From an uncultured Bifidobacteriaceae bacterium (GTDB lineage: Bacteria; Actinomycetota; Actinomycetes; S36-B12), in the NCBI GenBank assembly GCA_964597445.1, contig CAZQXO010000008.1:1-61241 (forward strand): a DNA stretch of 61,241 nucleotides. The letters are read 5' to 3'. Under the pieces are notes generated by a model. The model saw only the letters and a list, made by a program, of their open reading frames with translations, had not been told where the DNA came from and made no database searches. A program made the translations under genes and the position numbers. Numbering within the stretch: the stretch's first letter is position 1; every line of letters starts with the position of its first letter. Below are positions 31,075-40,322 of the stretch, piece after piece.

Positions 31075-32024
31075 GAGGCGTCCCTGCCCAGGCGCGCACC
31101 CGGCGACAGTCTCAGGCCGCGGGCCCAGTCGGCCGCGGCCATCTCCTTCTTGCCGGCCGGTCGGACACATCCGAGCCGAACCGGATCAGTCAGGGTTCCC
31201 ACCAGGACCGATCTCTTCGTCACGAGCAGTTCTCCCGGCGAGAGGACCCCGACGGAAGGGTCACCTCCGTCACCATCGAGCACGGTGACCGGACCGAGAC
31301 CCAGACGCTCCCCCGCGATCGTGGTCCACGCACCCGGCGACGGGGTGCAGGCGCGCACCTGGCGATCGATGGCGAAGGACGGAGCATCCCAGCGCACCCG
31401 AGCATCGTCGACCGACAGCTTCGGTGCGTAGGACGCCTCCCCCATCTGCTCCACCGGGGCCACCCGACCGGACTCCAGCAGATCGAGAGTGTCGATCAGC
31501 AGATCCGCGCCGACGACCGCCAACCGGTCCAGCAGCATGCCTGCGGTGTCGTCCGGGGCGATCTCCTCCACGACGGATCCCAGCACGGGACCGGTGTCCA
31601 AGCCCTCCTCGAGCAGGAACGTCGAGGCGCCCGTGACGTCATCGCCACGCCAGATCGCGTGCTGCACCGGCGCAGCACCTCGCCATCGCGGAAGCAGGGA
31701 GAAATGCAGGTTGACCCAGCCGTGCCGGGGAATCGCCAGGGCTGACGCGGGAACGAGGCCTCCGAAGGCGACGATCGGCGCGACGTCCGGTTGCCGGTCC
31801 CGCAGCCAGGCGAGAACCTCCTCGCCCCGGAGCGATGCCGGCTTCACGACCTCGATACCGGCCTCCGCTGCCAGCCCGGCCACAGGAGACTGCGCCAGCG
31901 ATCGACCTCGGCCAGAGGGGGCATCGGGCCGCGTGATGACACCTACGACCTCGTGCGGGGAGTCCATCAGCCGACGCAGGGCCACCGCCGCGACATCCGG
32001 CGTGCCAGCGAAGACGCATCGCAC
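31071..32024 (-). CDS. fmt: methionyl-tRNA formyltransferase
   Basis: (M)RCVFAGTPDVAAV... and HFSLLPRWRGAAPVQHAI. 317 aa. Confidence 0.95.
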   Translation of the reverse strand: MRCVFAGTPDVAAVALRRLMDSPHEVVGVITRPDAPSGRGRSLAQSPVAGLAAEAGIEVVKPASLRGEEVLAWLRDRQPDVAPIVAFGGLVPASALAIPRHGWVNLHFSLLPRWRGAAPVQHAIWRGDDVTGASTFLLEEGLDTGPVLGSVVEEIAPDDTAGMLLDRLAVVGADLLIDTLDLLESGRVAPVEQMGEASYAPKLSVDDARVRWDAPSFAIDRQVRACTPSPGAWTTIAGERLGLGPVTVLDGDGGDPSVGVLSPGELLVTKRSVLVGTLTDPVRLGCVRPAGKKEMAAADWARGLRLSPGARLGRDAS

Positions 32025-32027
32025 CGG

Positions 32028-32573
32028 CTACAGCCAGCGCGAGGAGATCGAGTGCGGGCTGACCCGCACCTCCGGAGCCGGCTCACCGAACCACTCCGAC
32101 TGACGGATCTGGCGCATGGCCTCCTTGCGCACCTCCGGGTCGAGCCGATCGATGAACAGGATGCCGTCGAGGTGGTCGGTCTCGTGCTGGATGGCCCGGG
32201 ACAGCAGTTCGGTGCCCTCGATCACGACCGGCTCCCCATACATGTTCATGCCCTTGGCCACGACGCGGCGCGAGCGCGGAGTGTCGAAGGCGAGGTCAGG
32301 CAGGGAAAGGCACCCCTCCTGACCGTCCATGAGCTCGTCGGAGAGATCGAGGTCGGGATTGACCAGGTGGCCCGGCTCATCATCGACCCAGTAGGTGAAC
32401 ACGCGAAGGGACACACCGATCTGCGGCGCTGCCAGCCCCGCGCCGGGTGCGTCCATCATCGTCTCGGTGAGGTCCTTGACGAGCTTGCGCAGCTCCTTGT
32501 CGAAGGTCTCGACCGGCGCGGCCGGCGTGCGAAGGACGGGGTCGCCGAAGAGTCGAATGGGCTGGATGGCCAT
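32028..32573 (-). CDS. def: peptide deformylase
   Basis: GAGLAAPQIG, EGCLS and HETDHLDG motifs. 181 aa. Confidence 0.95.
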   Translation of the reverse strand: MAIQPIRLFGDPVLRTPAAPVETFDKELRKLVKDLTETMMDAPGAGLAAPQIGVSLRVFTYWVDDEPGHLVNPDLDLSDELMDGQEGCLSLPDLAFDTPRSRRVVAKGMNMYGEPVVIEGTELLSRAIQHETDHLDGILFIDRLDPEVRKEAMRQIRQSEWFGEPAPEVRVSPHSISSRWL

Positions 32574-32585
32574 GCCGCGAGTGTA
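32574..32585 (-). promoter_or_regulatory. -10-like TACACT 6 nt upstream of the def ATG (leaderless-type promoter for def-fmt-rsmB)
   Basis: Coding sense reads GTCTACACTCGCGGC-ATG. No Shine-Dalgarno. Confidence 0.4.
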
Positions 32586-32609
32586 GACACGTGGCGGGTG
32601 ACGCCTCGA

Positions 32610-34568
32610 TCACACGGCACGTGGATCCATGTGGACGTGCACCGGGCGTGATCTCCCCTCAGCGGATCTCGTGGCCGTGATGGCCCCCAGTTGCGCACTC
32701 AGGGCAGGGCCGTGACGACGCTCCACGACGATGAGCCCGCGCTGGCGATCCGGATCGTGGCGCGTCGGATCAGGAATCGGGCCCAGCAGCCGGTGAGACA
32801 CCCGCACACGCGAGGCGACATCCTGAATCTGGGCAGCGTCCCCGACGAGTGCCGCCATCCGCGTCGCCGGGGGCAGGCCCGCTGCCGTGCGATCGTCGAG
32901 ATCGCGCTCCGCCAGCCACGGCGCAGCCCAGCGCATGAGGGCCTGCACGGCTGGGAGGGCGTTGTCGGCCGCGATGACGACGGGAGCGCCCGGGGCTGCG
33001 AGTGCCGCCGCGGCGAACCATCGGCGGGCCGCCTCCTCCTGGGCATCCAGGCTCGGCCGTCCCAGCATCGCACGGGCGTCGAGCAGGAGAACCGCTCGGT
33101 AGCCGTGGTCGGCCCTCGGTTCCGCGCCCACCGTGGCGACGACGAGTGCAGGTTCGGCGGGGATGGTCGTCAGCCGGTGATCACCGGTGCTGCTCAGGAT
33201 CGGCACCTGCGGGAAGGCGCGTCCGATCTCCTCGACCGTACGCTCAGCACCGACCGTCATCGCCCGAAGGTCGCCCGCCTGGCAGTGGGGGCACCGCCAC
33301 GCGCCGCGAATAGCCCCGCACCACGTGCAGGCCGGCGCCCCGGATCGCCCTCGCAGCATCAGCGGACCACCGCAGTCACAGCGCGCTGGCGCCCGGCAGG
33401 ACTGACAGGACAGCGCCGGGACGTAGCCACGACGTGCCACCTGCACCAGAACAGGACCAGAGACAAGTGCCGCCTTCGCCGCTTCCCACGCCGGGCGTGG
33501 GATCCGAGCCGCAGCCGACGCGGCATCGCGCTCCTCGTCTCGCTCCGTCAGTGCTCGAACGGAGGGAGCGCGCGCGGCGATGACGTCCGCCGTGGCGATG
33601 ACGGACTTCGCCCAGCCGGAGCGGCACCATTGGGCCGTGGCCACCGAACGCGACGGTGATCCGACCACCAGGTGACAGCCCGTCAGGTGCGATCGCAGGG
33701 CCGCCACGTCCCGCGCGTTCCAGTACGGGGCCTGCGGATCGGTGAGGGACTCGTCGCCGTCATCCCAGACCACGATGAGGCGGAGATCGGTCGCCGGGGC
33801 GAACACGCTGGCCCGCGTACCCACCACGATGCGAACGCCTCCACGCAGGATGCGCAGGAACTCTCGGTACCGACGCTCCGGGCCCATGTCAGCCGTGAGG
33901 ACGCCGAGCGCACGCGCGCCGACCGCGTCGGGCAGGGCGGCCCGCACGCGCTCCACATCATGCACATCGGGAACCACGACGATCACCGAGCCGGACTCCT
34001 GCGAGGAGACGGTCTCGACCAGTGTGGCGACATCCCGGCTCCAGTCGCCTGCGGGGGCGACCGACCACACTGCACGCACAGGAGTCGTCGTCGCCGTCTC
34101 CTGCAGGCGCCGCAGCAGTGCCGGACCCGCGGTGTAGTCGCTCCACGAGTCCGCAGCCTCCGGAGACGGCGATCGCCACGTCGCGGGGCTGACCTCGACC
34201 TTCTCAGCACGGGCATGACGCGGCGGCACCGCCGACCGCACGACGTCGCTGAACGTGCCGGCCCATCGCTCCGCCACCGCCTGCACGAGAGCGAGGGTGT
34301 CGGCGGTGAGCACGGGCTCGGGACCCATGACCCTCTCGAGGGTTCGCAGCTCCCCCGGATGGTCGGTGGTCTCGCCGAGTGCCACCACGATCCCGTTGAC
34401 GAGCCGACCGGCGAAGCGAACGCGCACCCGGGAGCCGACCTCGACCTCCTCGACGAGTGACGCCGGCACCCGGTAGTCGAAAGGCCGATCCAGGTGGGGC
34501 ACGGGAGAGTCGATGCGGACCTGGACCACCCGGGAAGCCGACAGGGCTCCGGCATGATCGCGCGTCAT
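32610..34568 (-). CDS. priA: primosomal protein N' (PriA), with helicase motifs I and II not conserved
   Basis: 652 aa. N-terminal DNA-binding region (VQVRIDSPVPHLDRPFDYRVP) and Cys-rich zinc region CQSCRAPARCDCGG...CTWCG...CPHC. The Walker-A position reads VAPAGDWS and the DExH position reads WDDGDE. Confidence 0.9.
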   Translation of the reverse strand: MTRDHAGALSASRVVQVRIDSPVPHLDRPFDYRVPASLVEEVEVGSRVRVRFAGRLVNGIVVALGETTDHPGELRTLERVMGPEPVLTADTLALVQAVAERWAGTFSDVVRSAVPPRHARAEKVEVSPATWRSPSPEAADSWSDYTAGPALLRRLQETATTTPVRAVWSVAPAGDWSRDVATLVETVSSQESGSVIVVVPDVHDVERVRAALPDAVGARALGVLTADMGPERRYREFLRILRGGVRIVVGTRASVFAPATDLRLIVVWDDGDESLTDPQAPYWNARDVAALRSHLTGCHLVVGSPSRSVATAQWCRSGWAKSVIATADVIAARAPSVRALTERDEERDAASAAARIPRPAWEAAKAALVSGPVLVQVARRGYVPALSCQSCRAPARCDCGGPLMLRGRSGAPACTWCGAIRGAWRCPHCQAGDLRAMTVGAERTVEEIGRAFPQVPILSSTGDHRLTTIPAEPALVVATVGAEPRADHGYRAVLLLDARAMLGRPSLDAQEEAARRWFAAAALAAPGAPVVIAADNALPAVQALMRWAAPWLAERDLDDRTAAGLPPATRMAALVGDAAQIQDVASRVRVSHRLLGPIPDPTRHDPDRQRGLIVVERRHGPALSAQLGAITATRSAEGRSRPVHVHMDPRAV

Positions 34569-34614
34569 GGCGCGATCATGCCGGAGCCCTGTGACGGGTC
34601 CGCAGCGAGCCGAC

Positions 34615-35865
34615 TCAGCGTCCGGCAGCAGCCTTCAGGTCCGCCGCGCGGTCGGTCGCCTCCCAGGTGAAGGTCGGCCCGACCGCCGTGCGCTTGGCGG
34701 GATCCTCGCTGTCGAGCAGGATGTTGCTGCCCTGCGGCCGGCCGAAGTGACCGTAGGCGCTCGTCGTCCGATAGATCGGACGAAGCAGGTCGAGGTCTCG
34801 GATGATCGCGGCCGGGCGCAGGTCGAACACCTCCAGCACCGCCTCCTGGATGCGCTCGTCCGGGACGACGCCGGTGCCGAACGTCTCGACGAACACTCCG
34901 ACCGGGTGGGCCTTGCCGATGGCATACGCCACCTGGACCTCGCACCGAGTGGCCAGCTCTGCCGCCACAACGTTCTTCGCGACCCAGCGCATGGCGTACG
35001 CAGCGGAGCGATCGACCTTCGAGGGGTCCTTGCCCGAGAATGCACCGCCCCCGTGCCGCGCCATGCCGCCGTAGGTGTCGACGATGATCTTGCGCCCCGT
35101 GAGACCCGCGTCGCCCATGGGCCCGCCGATCTCGAAGCGGCCGGTGGGGTTCACGAGCAGCCGGTAGTCACGGGAGTCCAGGTCGATGAGGTCGAGCACC
35201 GGATCGACGACATGCCGCTTGATGTCGGGCGTGAGCATGTTGTCGAGGCTGACGTCCTTGGCATGCTGCGAGGACACCACGACGGTGTCGATGCGCACCG
35301 GACGGTCGTTCTCGTCATAGGCGATGGTGACCTGGGTCTTGCCGTCCGGGCGGAGGTAGGGAACGGTGCCGTCCTTGCGAACCTCGGTGAGTCGCTCCGC
35401 CAGTCGCTGAGCGATGTGGATCGGCAGGGGCATGAGCTCGGGGGTGTCGTCGCAGGCATACCCGAACATGAGGCCCTGGTCGCCCGCACCCTGACGGTCC
35501 AACGGGTCCGAACTGCCCTCGGCCCGCTCCTCGAACGCGTCGTCCACGCCCTGAGCGATGTCCGGTGACTGCTTGCCGATCGACACGGAGATGCCGCAGG
35601 ACTCACCGTCGAACCCCTTGACGGAGGAGTCGTAGCCGATGCCGAGGACGGTCTGCCGCACGAGTCCCATCACGTCGGCGTAGCCGTTCGTGGTGACCTC
35701 GCCGGCCACGTGCACCTGACCGGTCGTCAGCATCGTCTCGACGGCCACGCGGCTTCGCGGATCCTGACGGAGGAGGTCGTCGAGGATCGCGTCGCTGATC
35801 TGATCGGCCATCTTGTCCGGGTGACCCTCAGTGACGGACTCACTGGTGAACAGGCGGTGTGACAC
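34615..35865 (-). CDS. metK: S-adenosylmethionine synthase
   Basis: (M)[29 protein letters not shown] and [12 protein letters not shown] at 35865 preceded by a GAGGGAG Shine-Dalgarno. Confidence 0.96.
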   Translation of the reverse strand: MSHRLFTSESVTEGHPDKMADQISDAILDDLLRQDPRSRVAVETMLTTGQVHVAGEVTTNGYADVMGLVRQTVLGIGYDSSVKGFDGESCGISVSIGKQSPDIAQGVDDAFEERAEGSSDPLDRQGAGDQGLMFGYACDDTPELMPLPIHIAQRLAERLTEVRKDGTVPYLRPDGKTQVTIAYDENDRPVRIDTVVVSSQHAKDVSLDNMLTPDIKRHVVDPVLDLIDLDSRDYRLLVNPTGRFEIGGPMGDAGLTGRKIIVDTYGGMARHGGGAFSGKDPSKVDRSAAYAMRWVAKNVVAAELATRCEVQVAYAIGKAHPVGVFVETFGTGVVPDERIQEAVLEVFDLRPAAIIRDLDLLRPIYRTTSAYGHFGRPQGSNILLDSEDPAKRTAVGPTFTWEATDRAADLKAAAGR

Positions 35866-35907
35866 AGGTACATCTCCCTCGCTGACGTCGTTCGCAGCCC
35901 CACTGGT

Positions 35908-36014
35908 GGATCCGCGCTTGCCCCTCGTCGGGCCTGGTCTGCTCCCGGAGCACCCCACCGCGTCTGGAGGGTTGCCGACCAGCGAGCCGGGACTTGTCGC
36001 TGGTACTCGTGACC
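35908..36014 (-). promoter_or_regulatory. SAM-IV-type S-adenosylmethionine riboswitch in the metK leader
   Basis: RNA sense: GGUCACGAGUACCAGCGACAAGUCCCGGCUCGCUGGUCGGCAACCCUCCAGACGCGGUGGGGUGCUCCGGGAGCAGACCAGG...GGCAAGCGCGGAUCC. This is near-identical in its core to the SAM-IV consensus as I remember it (GGUCAUGAGUGCCAGCG.CAAGCCCCGGCUUGCUGGCCGGCAACCCUCCAACCGCGGUGGGGUGCCCCGGGUGAUGACCAGG...GGCAAGCGCGGGUC). Pairings visible here are CCAGCGA/UCGCUGG, CCCUCC/GGUGGG, GGUC/GACC, and a CCCGG/CCGGG pseudoknot. Confidence 0.7.
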
Positions 36015-36021
36015 GCGCAGA

Positions 36022-36027
36022 AGCCTA
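36022..36027 (-). promoter_or_regulatory. -10-like TAGGCT 7 nt upstream of the first riboswitch helix (candidate metK promoter)
   Basis: Coding sense reads GAGGTAGGCTTCTGCGC-GGUCACGAG. The same hexamer occurs at the hisE and pyk heads. Confidence 0.35.
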
Positions 36028-36084
36028 CCTCAGGATCCCCCTGGCGACGCGTCGTGCGCCCGGCGCGTCCACGTCGGCCGCAGG

Positions 36085-37299
36085 TCAGCGGGTGATGGGA
36101 GGCGTGATCTGGATCACGGCGTCCCAGATCCGATCCGCGATCTCGGCCTTGCTCGCTCGTGGCACCTCGTGGACCGCTCCAGCCTGCGTCAGGATGACGA
36201 CCTCGTTGGTGGGCTTGCCGAACACCGCGTCGGACCCGACGTCGTTGACGACGAGCAGGTCGCATCCCTTGCGCTCGAGCTTCGCGCCACCGAGCTCGCG
36301 CAGATGGGCGGCATCACGGGCCGTCTCCGCGGCGAAGCCGACGATCACGGGCGATCGGCCCTTTCGCTGGCGCACGAGGTCGGCCAGCACATCGACCGTC
36401 TGCTCGAGTCGGAGGTCGACCCCCGCGGCCCCCTCCTTCTTCACCTTCGCCTGCGCCGGCTGCGGCCGGAAGTCAGCCACAGCAGCTGCCATGACGACCA
36501 CATCAGCCGTGGCCGCCGCCTCGGACATGGCCCGGTGGAGCTCATCCGCCGACTCGACCGGGACGACGTGGGCGCCCGCCGGCGGCTGCACGTCCATGGC
36601 GGCCGTCACCAGGGTCACCTCGGCTCCGCGAGCGATCGCCGTGCGCGCGAGCTCGACTCCCTGGCGGCCACTGCTGCGGTTGCCGATGAACCGCACCGGA
36701 TCCCACGCCTCGCGCGTGCCTCCCGCGCTGATCACCACGCGTCGGCCGGCGAGATCCGGACGCGGCCGACGGCGCAGCACGTCGAGCGCGGCCGCGACGA
36801 TCGCCGGGGGCTCGGGCAGCCGACCGGGGCCGGAGTCGGCGCCCGTGAGTCGCCCGACAGCGGGATCGAGGACGATCGCTCCGCGCTCGCGAAGGAGCCT
36901 GACGTTGCGCTGCGTCGCAGGGTGCTGCCACATCTCGGTGTGCATGGCCGGGGCCATCAGGACCGGGCCATGCGCCGTGAGCAGCACATTGGTGAGCAGG
37001 TCGTCGGCCAGACCCTGAGCGCTGCGGGCGAGGAGGTCGGCCGTGGCCGGCGCGACCAGAACGAGATCGGCCTCCTGCCCGAGACGGACGTGGGGGACGT
37101 GCTCGACGGAGGTCCAGACGTCCGTGGCGACAGGCTTGCCGGACAGCGCCTCCCACGTGGCGGACCCCACGAAGGAGAGCGCGGATCGCGTCGGAACGAC
37201 CGTGACGTCGCAGCCGGCCTCCGTCAGGCCCCGGAGGACCTCCGCGGCCTTGTAGGCGGCTATCCCGCCGGCCACGCCGAGGACGACCCGGCCGGGCAT
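36085..37299 (-). CDS. coaBC: bifunctional phosphopantothenoylcysteine decarboxylase / phosphopantothenate--cysteine ligase
   Basis: 404 aa. Flavoprotein half GVAGGIAAYKA and PAMHTEMW. CoaB half ISAGGTREAWDPVRFIGNRSSG. Confidence 0.95.
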   Translation of the reverse strand: MPGRVVLGVAGGIAAYKAAEVLRGLTEAGCDVTVVPTRSALSFVGSATWEALSGKPVATDVWTSVEHVPHVRLGQEADLVLVAPATADLLARSAQGLADDLLTNVLLTAHGPVLMAPAMHTEMWQHPATQRNVRLLRERGAIVLDPAVGRLTGADSGPGRLPEPPAIVAAALDVLRRRPRPDLAGRRVVISAGGTREAWDPVRFIGNRSSGRQGVELARTAIARGAEVTLVTAAMDVQPPAGAHVVPVESADELHRAMSEAAATADVVVMAAAVADFRPQPAQAKVKKEGAAGVDLRLEQTVDVLADLVRQRKGRSPVIVGFAAETARDAAHLRELGGAKLERKGCDLLVVNDVGSDAVFGKPTNEVVILTQAGAVHEVPRASKAEIADRIWDAVIQITPPITR

Positions 37300-37302
37300 G
37301 GA

Positions 37303-37641
37303 TCAGGCCCCGGAGTCGTCCGCGAAGGGATCGTCCGTGGCGAGGATGGTCTCCGCGACAGGGGCGGGGGCCACGAGATCCTCAGGATCGATGGGCTCGC
37401 TCGTGAGCAGCCCGGCGTCGATCTCCCGCAGCGCGATCGAGAGGGGCTTCTCCTGCACGTGCGTCTCGACGAGCGGCCCGACGTACTCCAGAAGTCCCTC
37501 ACCGAGCTGCGAGTAGTAGGCATTGATCTGACGGGCGCGCTTGGACGCGTAGATCACCAGGGAGTACTTGGAGTCCGTCTTCTCCAGCAGCTGGTCGATC
37601 GAGGGATGGGTGATGCCCTCAGGGCGGGTCGCACTCTTCAC
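37303..37641 (-). CDS. rpoZ: DNA-directed RNA polymerase subunit omega
   Basis: [35 protein letters not shown]. 112 aa. Confidence 0.93.
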   Translation of the reverse strand: MKSATRPEGITHPSIDQLLEKTDSKYSLVIYASKRARQINAYYSQLGEGLLEYVGPLVETHVQEKPLSIALREIDAGLLTSEPIDPEDLVAPAPVAETILATDDPFADDSGA

Positions 37642-37650
37642 GTCAGGGCC

Positions 37651-38247
37651 TCACTCGGAATCCGTCGGCGGCGTCGCGCCGGAGGCGGCGGAGCCGTGGT
37701 AGGCGACGAAGTCTAGCAAGGCCCCCGCGCAGTCCTCGACGTCGGCGTTCACGAGCACGGCATCGAACTCCCCGGCCGCGGCGAGTTCCGCACGCGCGGC
37801 CGACAATCGACGCTCGACCGCCTCGGGCGACTCCGTCCCCCGGCCGGTGAGCCGGGCCGCCAGCACCTCCCAGGACGGGGGCTCCAGGAACACCAGCAGG
37901 GCCCCCGGCACCTGCCGGCGCACCTGACGAGCGCCCTGCACCTCGATCTCGAGCAGGACCGGGGTGCCGTGGGCGCGCCGGTCCTCGACCGGTGCCCGGG
38001 GCGTGCCGTAGCGGTGGCCGGCGAAGGCCGCCCACTCGAGCAGCCCGTCCGTCTCGATGAGCCGGTCGAACTCCGCGTCCGAGACGAAGAAGTACTCCCG
38101 GCCGTCCTGCTCCCCCGCACGGGGCTGCCGGGTCGTCGCACTGACCGACAGCCAGATGCGCGGGTCGCGCGCGAGCGCGCGGGCCACGACGGTGCTCTTC
38201 CCGACTCCGGACGGGCCGGAGACCACCACGAGCGGGGCGGGTCTCAC
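37651..38247 (-). CDS. gmk: guanylate kinase
   Basis: (M)[19 protein letters not shown]... and [21 protein letters not shown] at 38247 overlaps the mihF stop (GTGA). Confidence 0.93.
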   Translation of the reverse strand: MRPAPLVVVSGPSGVGKSTVVARALARDPRIWLSVSATTRQPRAGEQDGREYFFVSDAEFDRLIETDGLLEWAAFAGHRYGTPRAPVEDRRAHGTPVLLEIEVQGARQVRRQVPGALLVFLEPPSWEVLAARLTGRGTESPEAVERRLSAARAELAAAGEFDAVLVNADVEDCAGALLDFVAYHGSAASGATPPTDSE

Positions 38248-38597
38248 CTGGCACCGTCCTGATGCGCGTGGGACGTCGGGACGCCACCCAGCTGCGCGAT
38301 GAGGGCTGCCCGCTGGCGCTCGCCCAGTCCGCGTACACGCCGACTGGGGGCGATCGCGAGGTCGTCCAGGATGCGACCGGCTCGGACCGGGCCGATGCCC
38401 GGCACGCACTCAAGCAGCCACGTCACCCGCAGCCCGGCCCACAGGGGGCGAGAGTCGGCGCCGAGGATGACCTCGACCGGGTGGAGGGATCGGCTCCGCA
38501 GGGCCGCACGCAGGTCCGCGCGCTCACGGCGTGCCTCGCGTGCCCTCGCCAGCGCCTGTTCCCGCTGCTCGTCGGTGCGCGGGGGTGCACCGCTCAT
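38244..38597 (-). CDS. mihF: integration host factor, actinobacterial type (mIHF)
   Basis: 117 aa: [31 protein letters not shown]...[23 protein letters not shown]. Conserved position ahead of gmk-rpoZ. Confidence 0.88.
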   Translation of the reverse strand: MSGAPPRTDEQREQALARAREARRERADLRAALRSRSLHPVEVILGADSRPLWAGLRVTWLLECVPGIGPVRAGRILDDLAIAPSRRVRGLGERQRAALIAQLGGVPTSHAHQDGAR

Positions 38598-39325
38598 CGG
38601 GGTCCACCCAGGGTCGCTGCGATGGCCTCGGCAGCCGAGCGCGGATCCGCTGCTCCCGTGATGGGCCGGCCGATGACGAGCAGGTCGGCACCGTCGGCCA
38701 GAGCCTGCGCCGGCGTCGCCACTCTCTGCTGGTCGTCTCGTGCCGAGCCCTCCGGTCGCACCCCAGGGGTGATGAGGGTGATGTCCTGCGGCACGCTCGC
38801 ACGGACGGCCGCCACCTCCTGGGGGGAGCAGACGATGGCCCGGGCACCCGCCGCCACGGCCAGCCGGGCGAGGCGCACCACGGCCTCCTGAGCGGGACCC
38901 CTCAGGCCGAGGGCCGACAGGTCGTCCTCCCCGAGCGAGGTCAGCACGGTCACGGCCGTGATCCGCGTGTCGGGAAGAGCGTCGGCGGCAGCCGCGATCA
39001 TGGCGCTCCCGCCCGTCGCATGGACGGTGAGGTAGGTCGGCTCCAGCGAGGCGACCGCCGCCGCAGCTCCCCGCACGGTGGCGGGGATGTCATGGAGCTT
39101 GAGGTCGAGGAAGACGCCGACGTCCGATCGTCCGACGCGCTCCGCCGCATGACGGGCCCGATGCACCGCGGCAGCACCGTCGCGACAGAAGACCTCGAGG
39201 CCGATCTTGATCGTCGACACCACCGGCGCCACGGACTCGGTCCAGGACGTCAGGACGTCCAGTGACGGCGCATCCATGGCGACCGCGATCGGCGCGGGGC
39301 TACTCGGTGATGAAGTCGAAGTCAC
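38594..39325 (-). CDS. pyrF: orotidine 5'-phosphate decarboxylase
   Basis: IAVAMDAP..., VFLDLKLHDIPATV and LLVIGRPIT. GTG at 39325 lies 6 nt after GGAGG. The ATG at 39331 is an alternative. The 5' end overlaps the pyrD 3' end. Confidence 0.9.
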   Translation of the reverse strand: MTSTSSPSSPAPIAVAMDAPSLDVLTSWTESVAPVVSTIKIGLEVFCRDGAAAVHRARHAAERVGRSDVGVFLDLKLHDIPATVRGAAAAVASLEPTYLTVHATGGSAMIAAAADALPDTRITAVTVLTSLGEDDLSALGLRGPAQEAVVRLARLAVAAGARAIVCSPQEVAAVRASVPQDITLITPGVRPEGSARDDQQRVATPAQALADGADLLVIGRPITGAADPRSAAEAIAATLGGPR

Positions 39326-40322
39326 CGTCATCCTCCGCTTGGGTGTCCGCAGGCCGATGGGCGAATGAGACGGCATCCTGCAGCCGCCGGAATCCCCGGA
39401 CCCCGAGTTCGCGCTGGAGCTCCTGCTGGACACGCAGAGGCGCACTGGGGTCATGGAACACCGCGGTTCCCACGGAGACCGCGTTGGCGCCGGCCAGGAC
39501 GAACTCGAGCGCATCGGATCCGCTGCGCACGCCACCCATGCCGATGATGGGCAGGTCAGGGAACGCCTGTCGGATCTGCCAGATGCACCGCACGGCCACG
39601 GGACGGATCGCCGGCCCCGAGAGTCCACCGGTGATGCCGGCCAGGTGCGGGCGCATGGAGTCGGTGTCGATCACCATGCCCAGAACGGTGTTGATGACAG
39701 AGACGCCGGTGGCTCCCGCGCGCACGACCGCGTCTGCGATCTCCACGATGTCCGTGACATCCGGCGACAGCTTCGCGAACAGGGGCATCCTCGGATCGCT
39801 GTGGCGTCGGACTGCGTTGACGACCTCCCCCGCGGAGTCCGCACGGCAGGCGAAGACCTGGCCGCGGTTCTCCACGTTCGGGCAGGAGATGTTCACCTCG
39901 ATGGCGGCGACGCTGCGGACAGTGCGCAGACGAGCAGCCAGCTTGCCGAACTCGTCCGCCGTGCCTCCCGCGATCGAGACGATCACCCGGGCACCGCGCT
40001 CATCGAGCCACGCGAGGTCGTGCTCGATGAACCGATCGATGCCCGGACCCTGCAGCCCGATCGAGTTGAGCATGCCGCTGGGCGTCTCGGCCATGCGCGG
40101 TGTCGCACGTCCGGAGCGCGGGTTGAGCATGATGCTCTTGGTGACGATGCCCCCGATGGTGGTGATGTCGAAGAACTGGTCGAGCTCACGACCAGCCGCT
40201 GCGCAGCCTGATGCCGTCAGGACAGGAGCCGGGAGCCTGAGGCCACCGAGCTGCGTGGACATGTCGACGTCGGGCAGACGATCGTCGCCGATCGGACCAT
40301 GGGAGATGAGAGCACGGGTCAT
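39300..40322 (-). CDS. pyrD: dihydroorotate dehydrogenase, class 1B catalytic subunit
   Basis: LPAPVLTASGC, SIGLQGPG, EVNISCPN and GGLSGPAIRPVA. ATG at 40322 overlaps the pyrK stop (ATGA). An internal ATG (MSTQLGG) is an alternative start. Confidence 0.9.
   Translation of the reverse strand: MTRALISHGPIGDDRLPDVDMSTQLGGLRLPAPVLTASGCAAAGRELDQFFDITTIGGIVTKSIMLNPRSGRATPRMAETPSGMLNSIGLQGPGIDRFIEHDLAWLDERGARVIVSIAGGTADEFGKLAARLRTVRSVAAIEVNISCPNVENRGQVFACRADSAGEVVNAVRRHSDPRMPLFAKLSPDVTDIVEIADAVVRAGATGVSVINTVLGMVIDTDSMRPHLAGITGGLSGPAIRPVAVRCIWQIRQAFPDLPIIGMGGVRSGSDALEFVLAGANAVSVGTAVFHDPSAPLRVQQELQRELGVRGFRRLQDAVSFAHRPADTQAEDDGDFDFITE

Noticed and set aside
29545-31431. 628-aa plus-strand ORF over rsmB and the fmt 3' end
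   Set aside because: It is antisense to rsmB, which has SAM-methyltransferase motifs. The sequence is arginine/proline-rich. It is a shadow ORF.
36169-37716. 515-aa plus-strand ORF over coaBC and rpoZ. Similar cases: 48516..50132 (538 aa) over pyrR and pyk, 10689..12050 over cysNC, and 16226..17143 over the SseB-like gene
   Set aside because: All are antisense to genes with clear signatures and have GC-skewed R/G/D/H/P composition. I treat them as non-coding.
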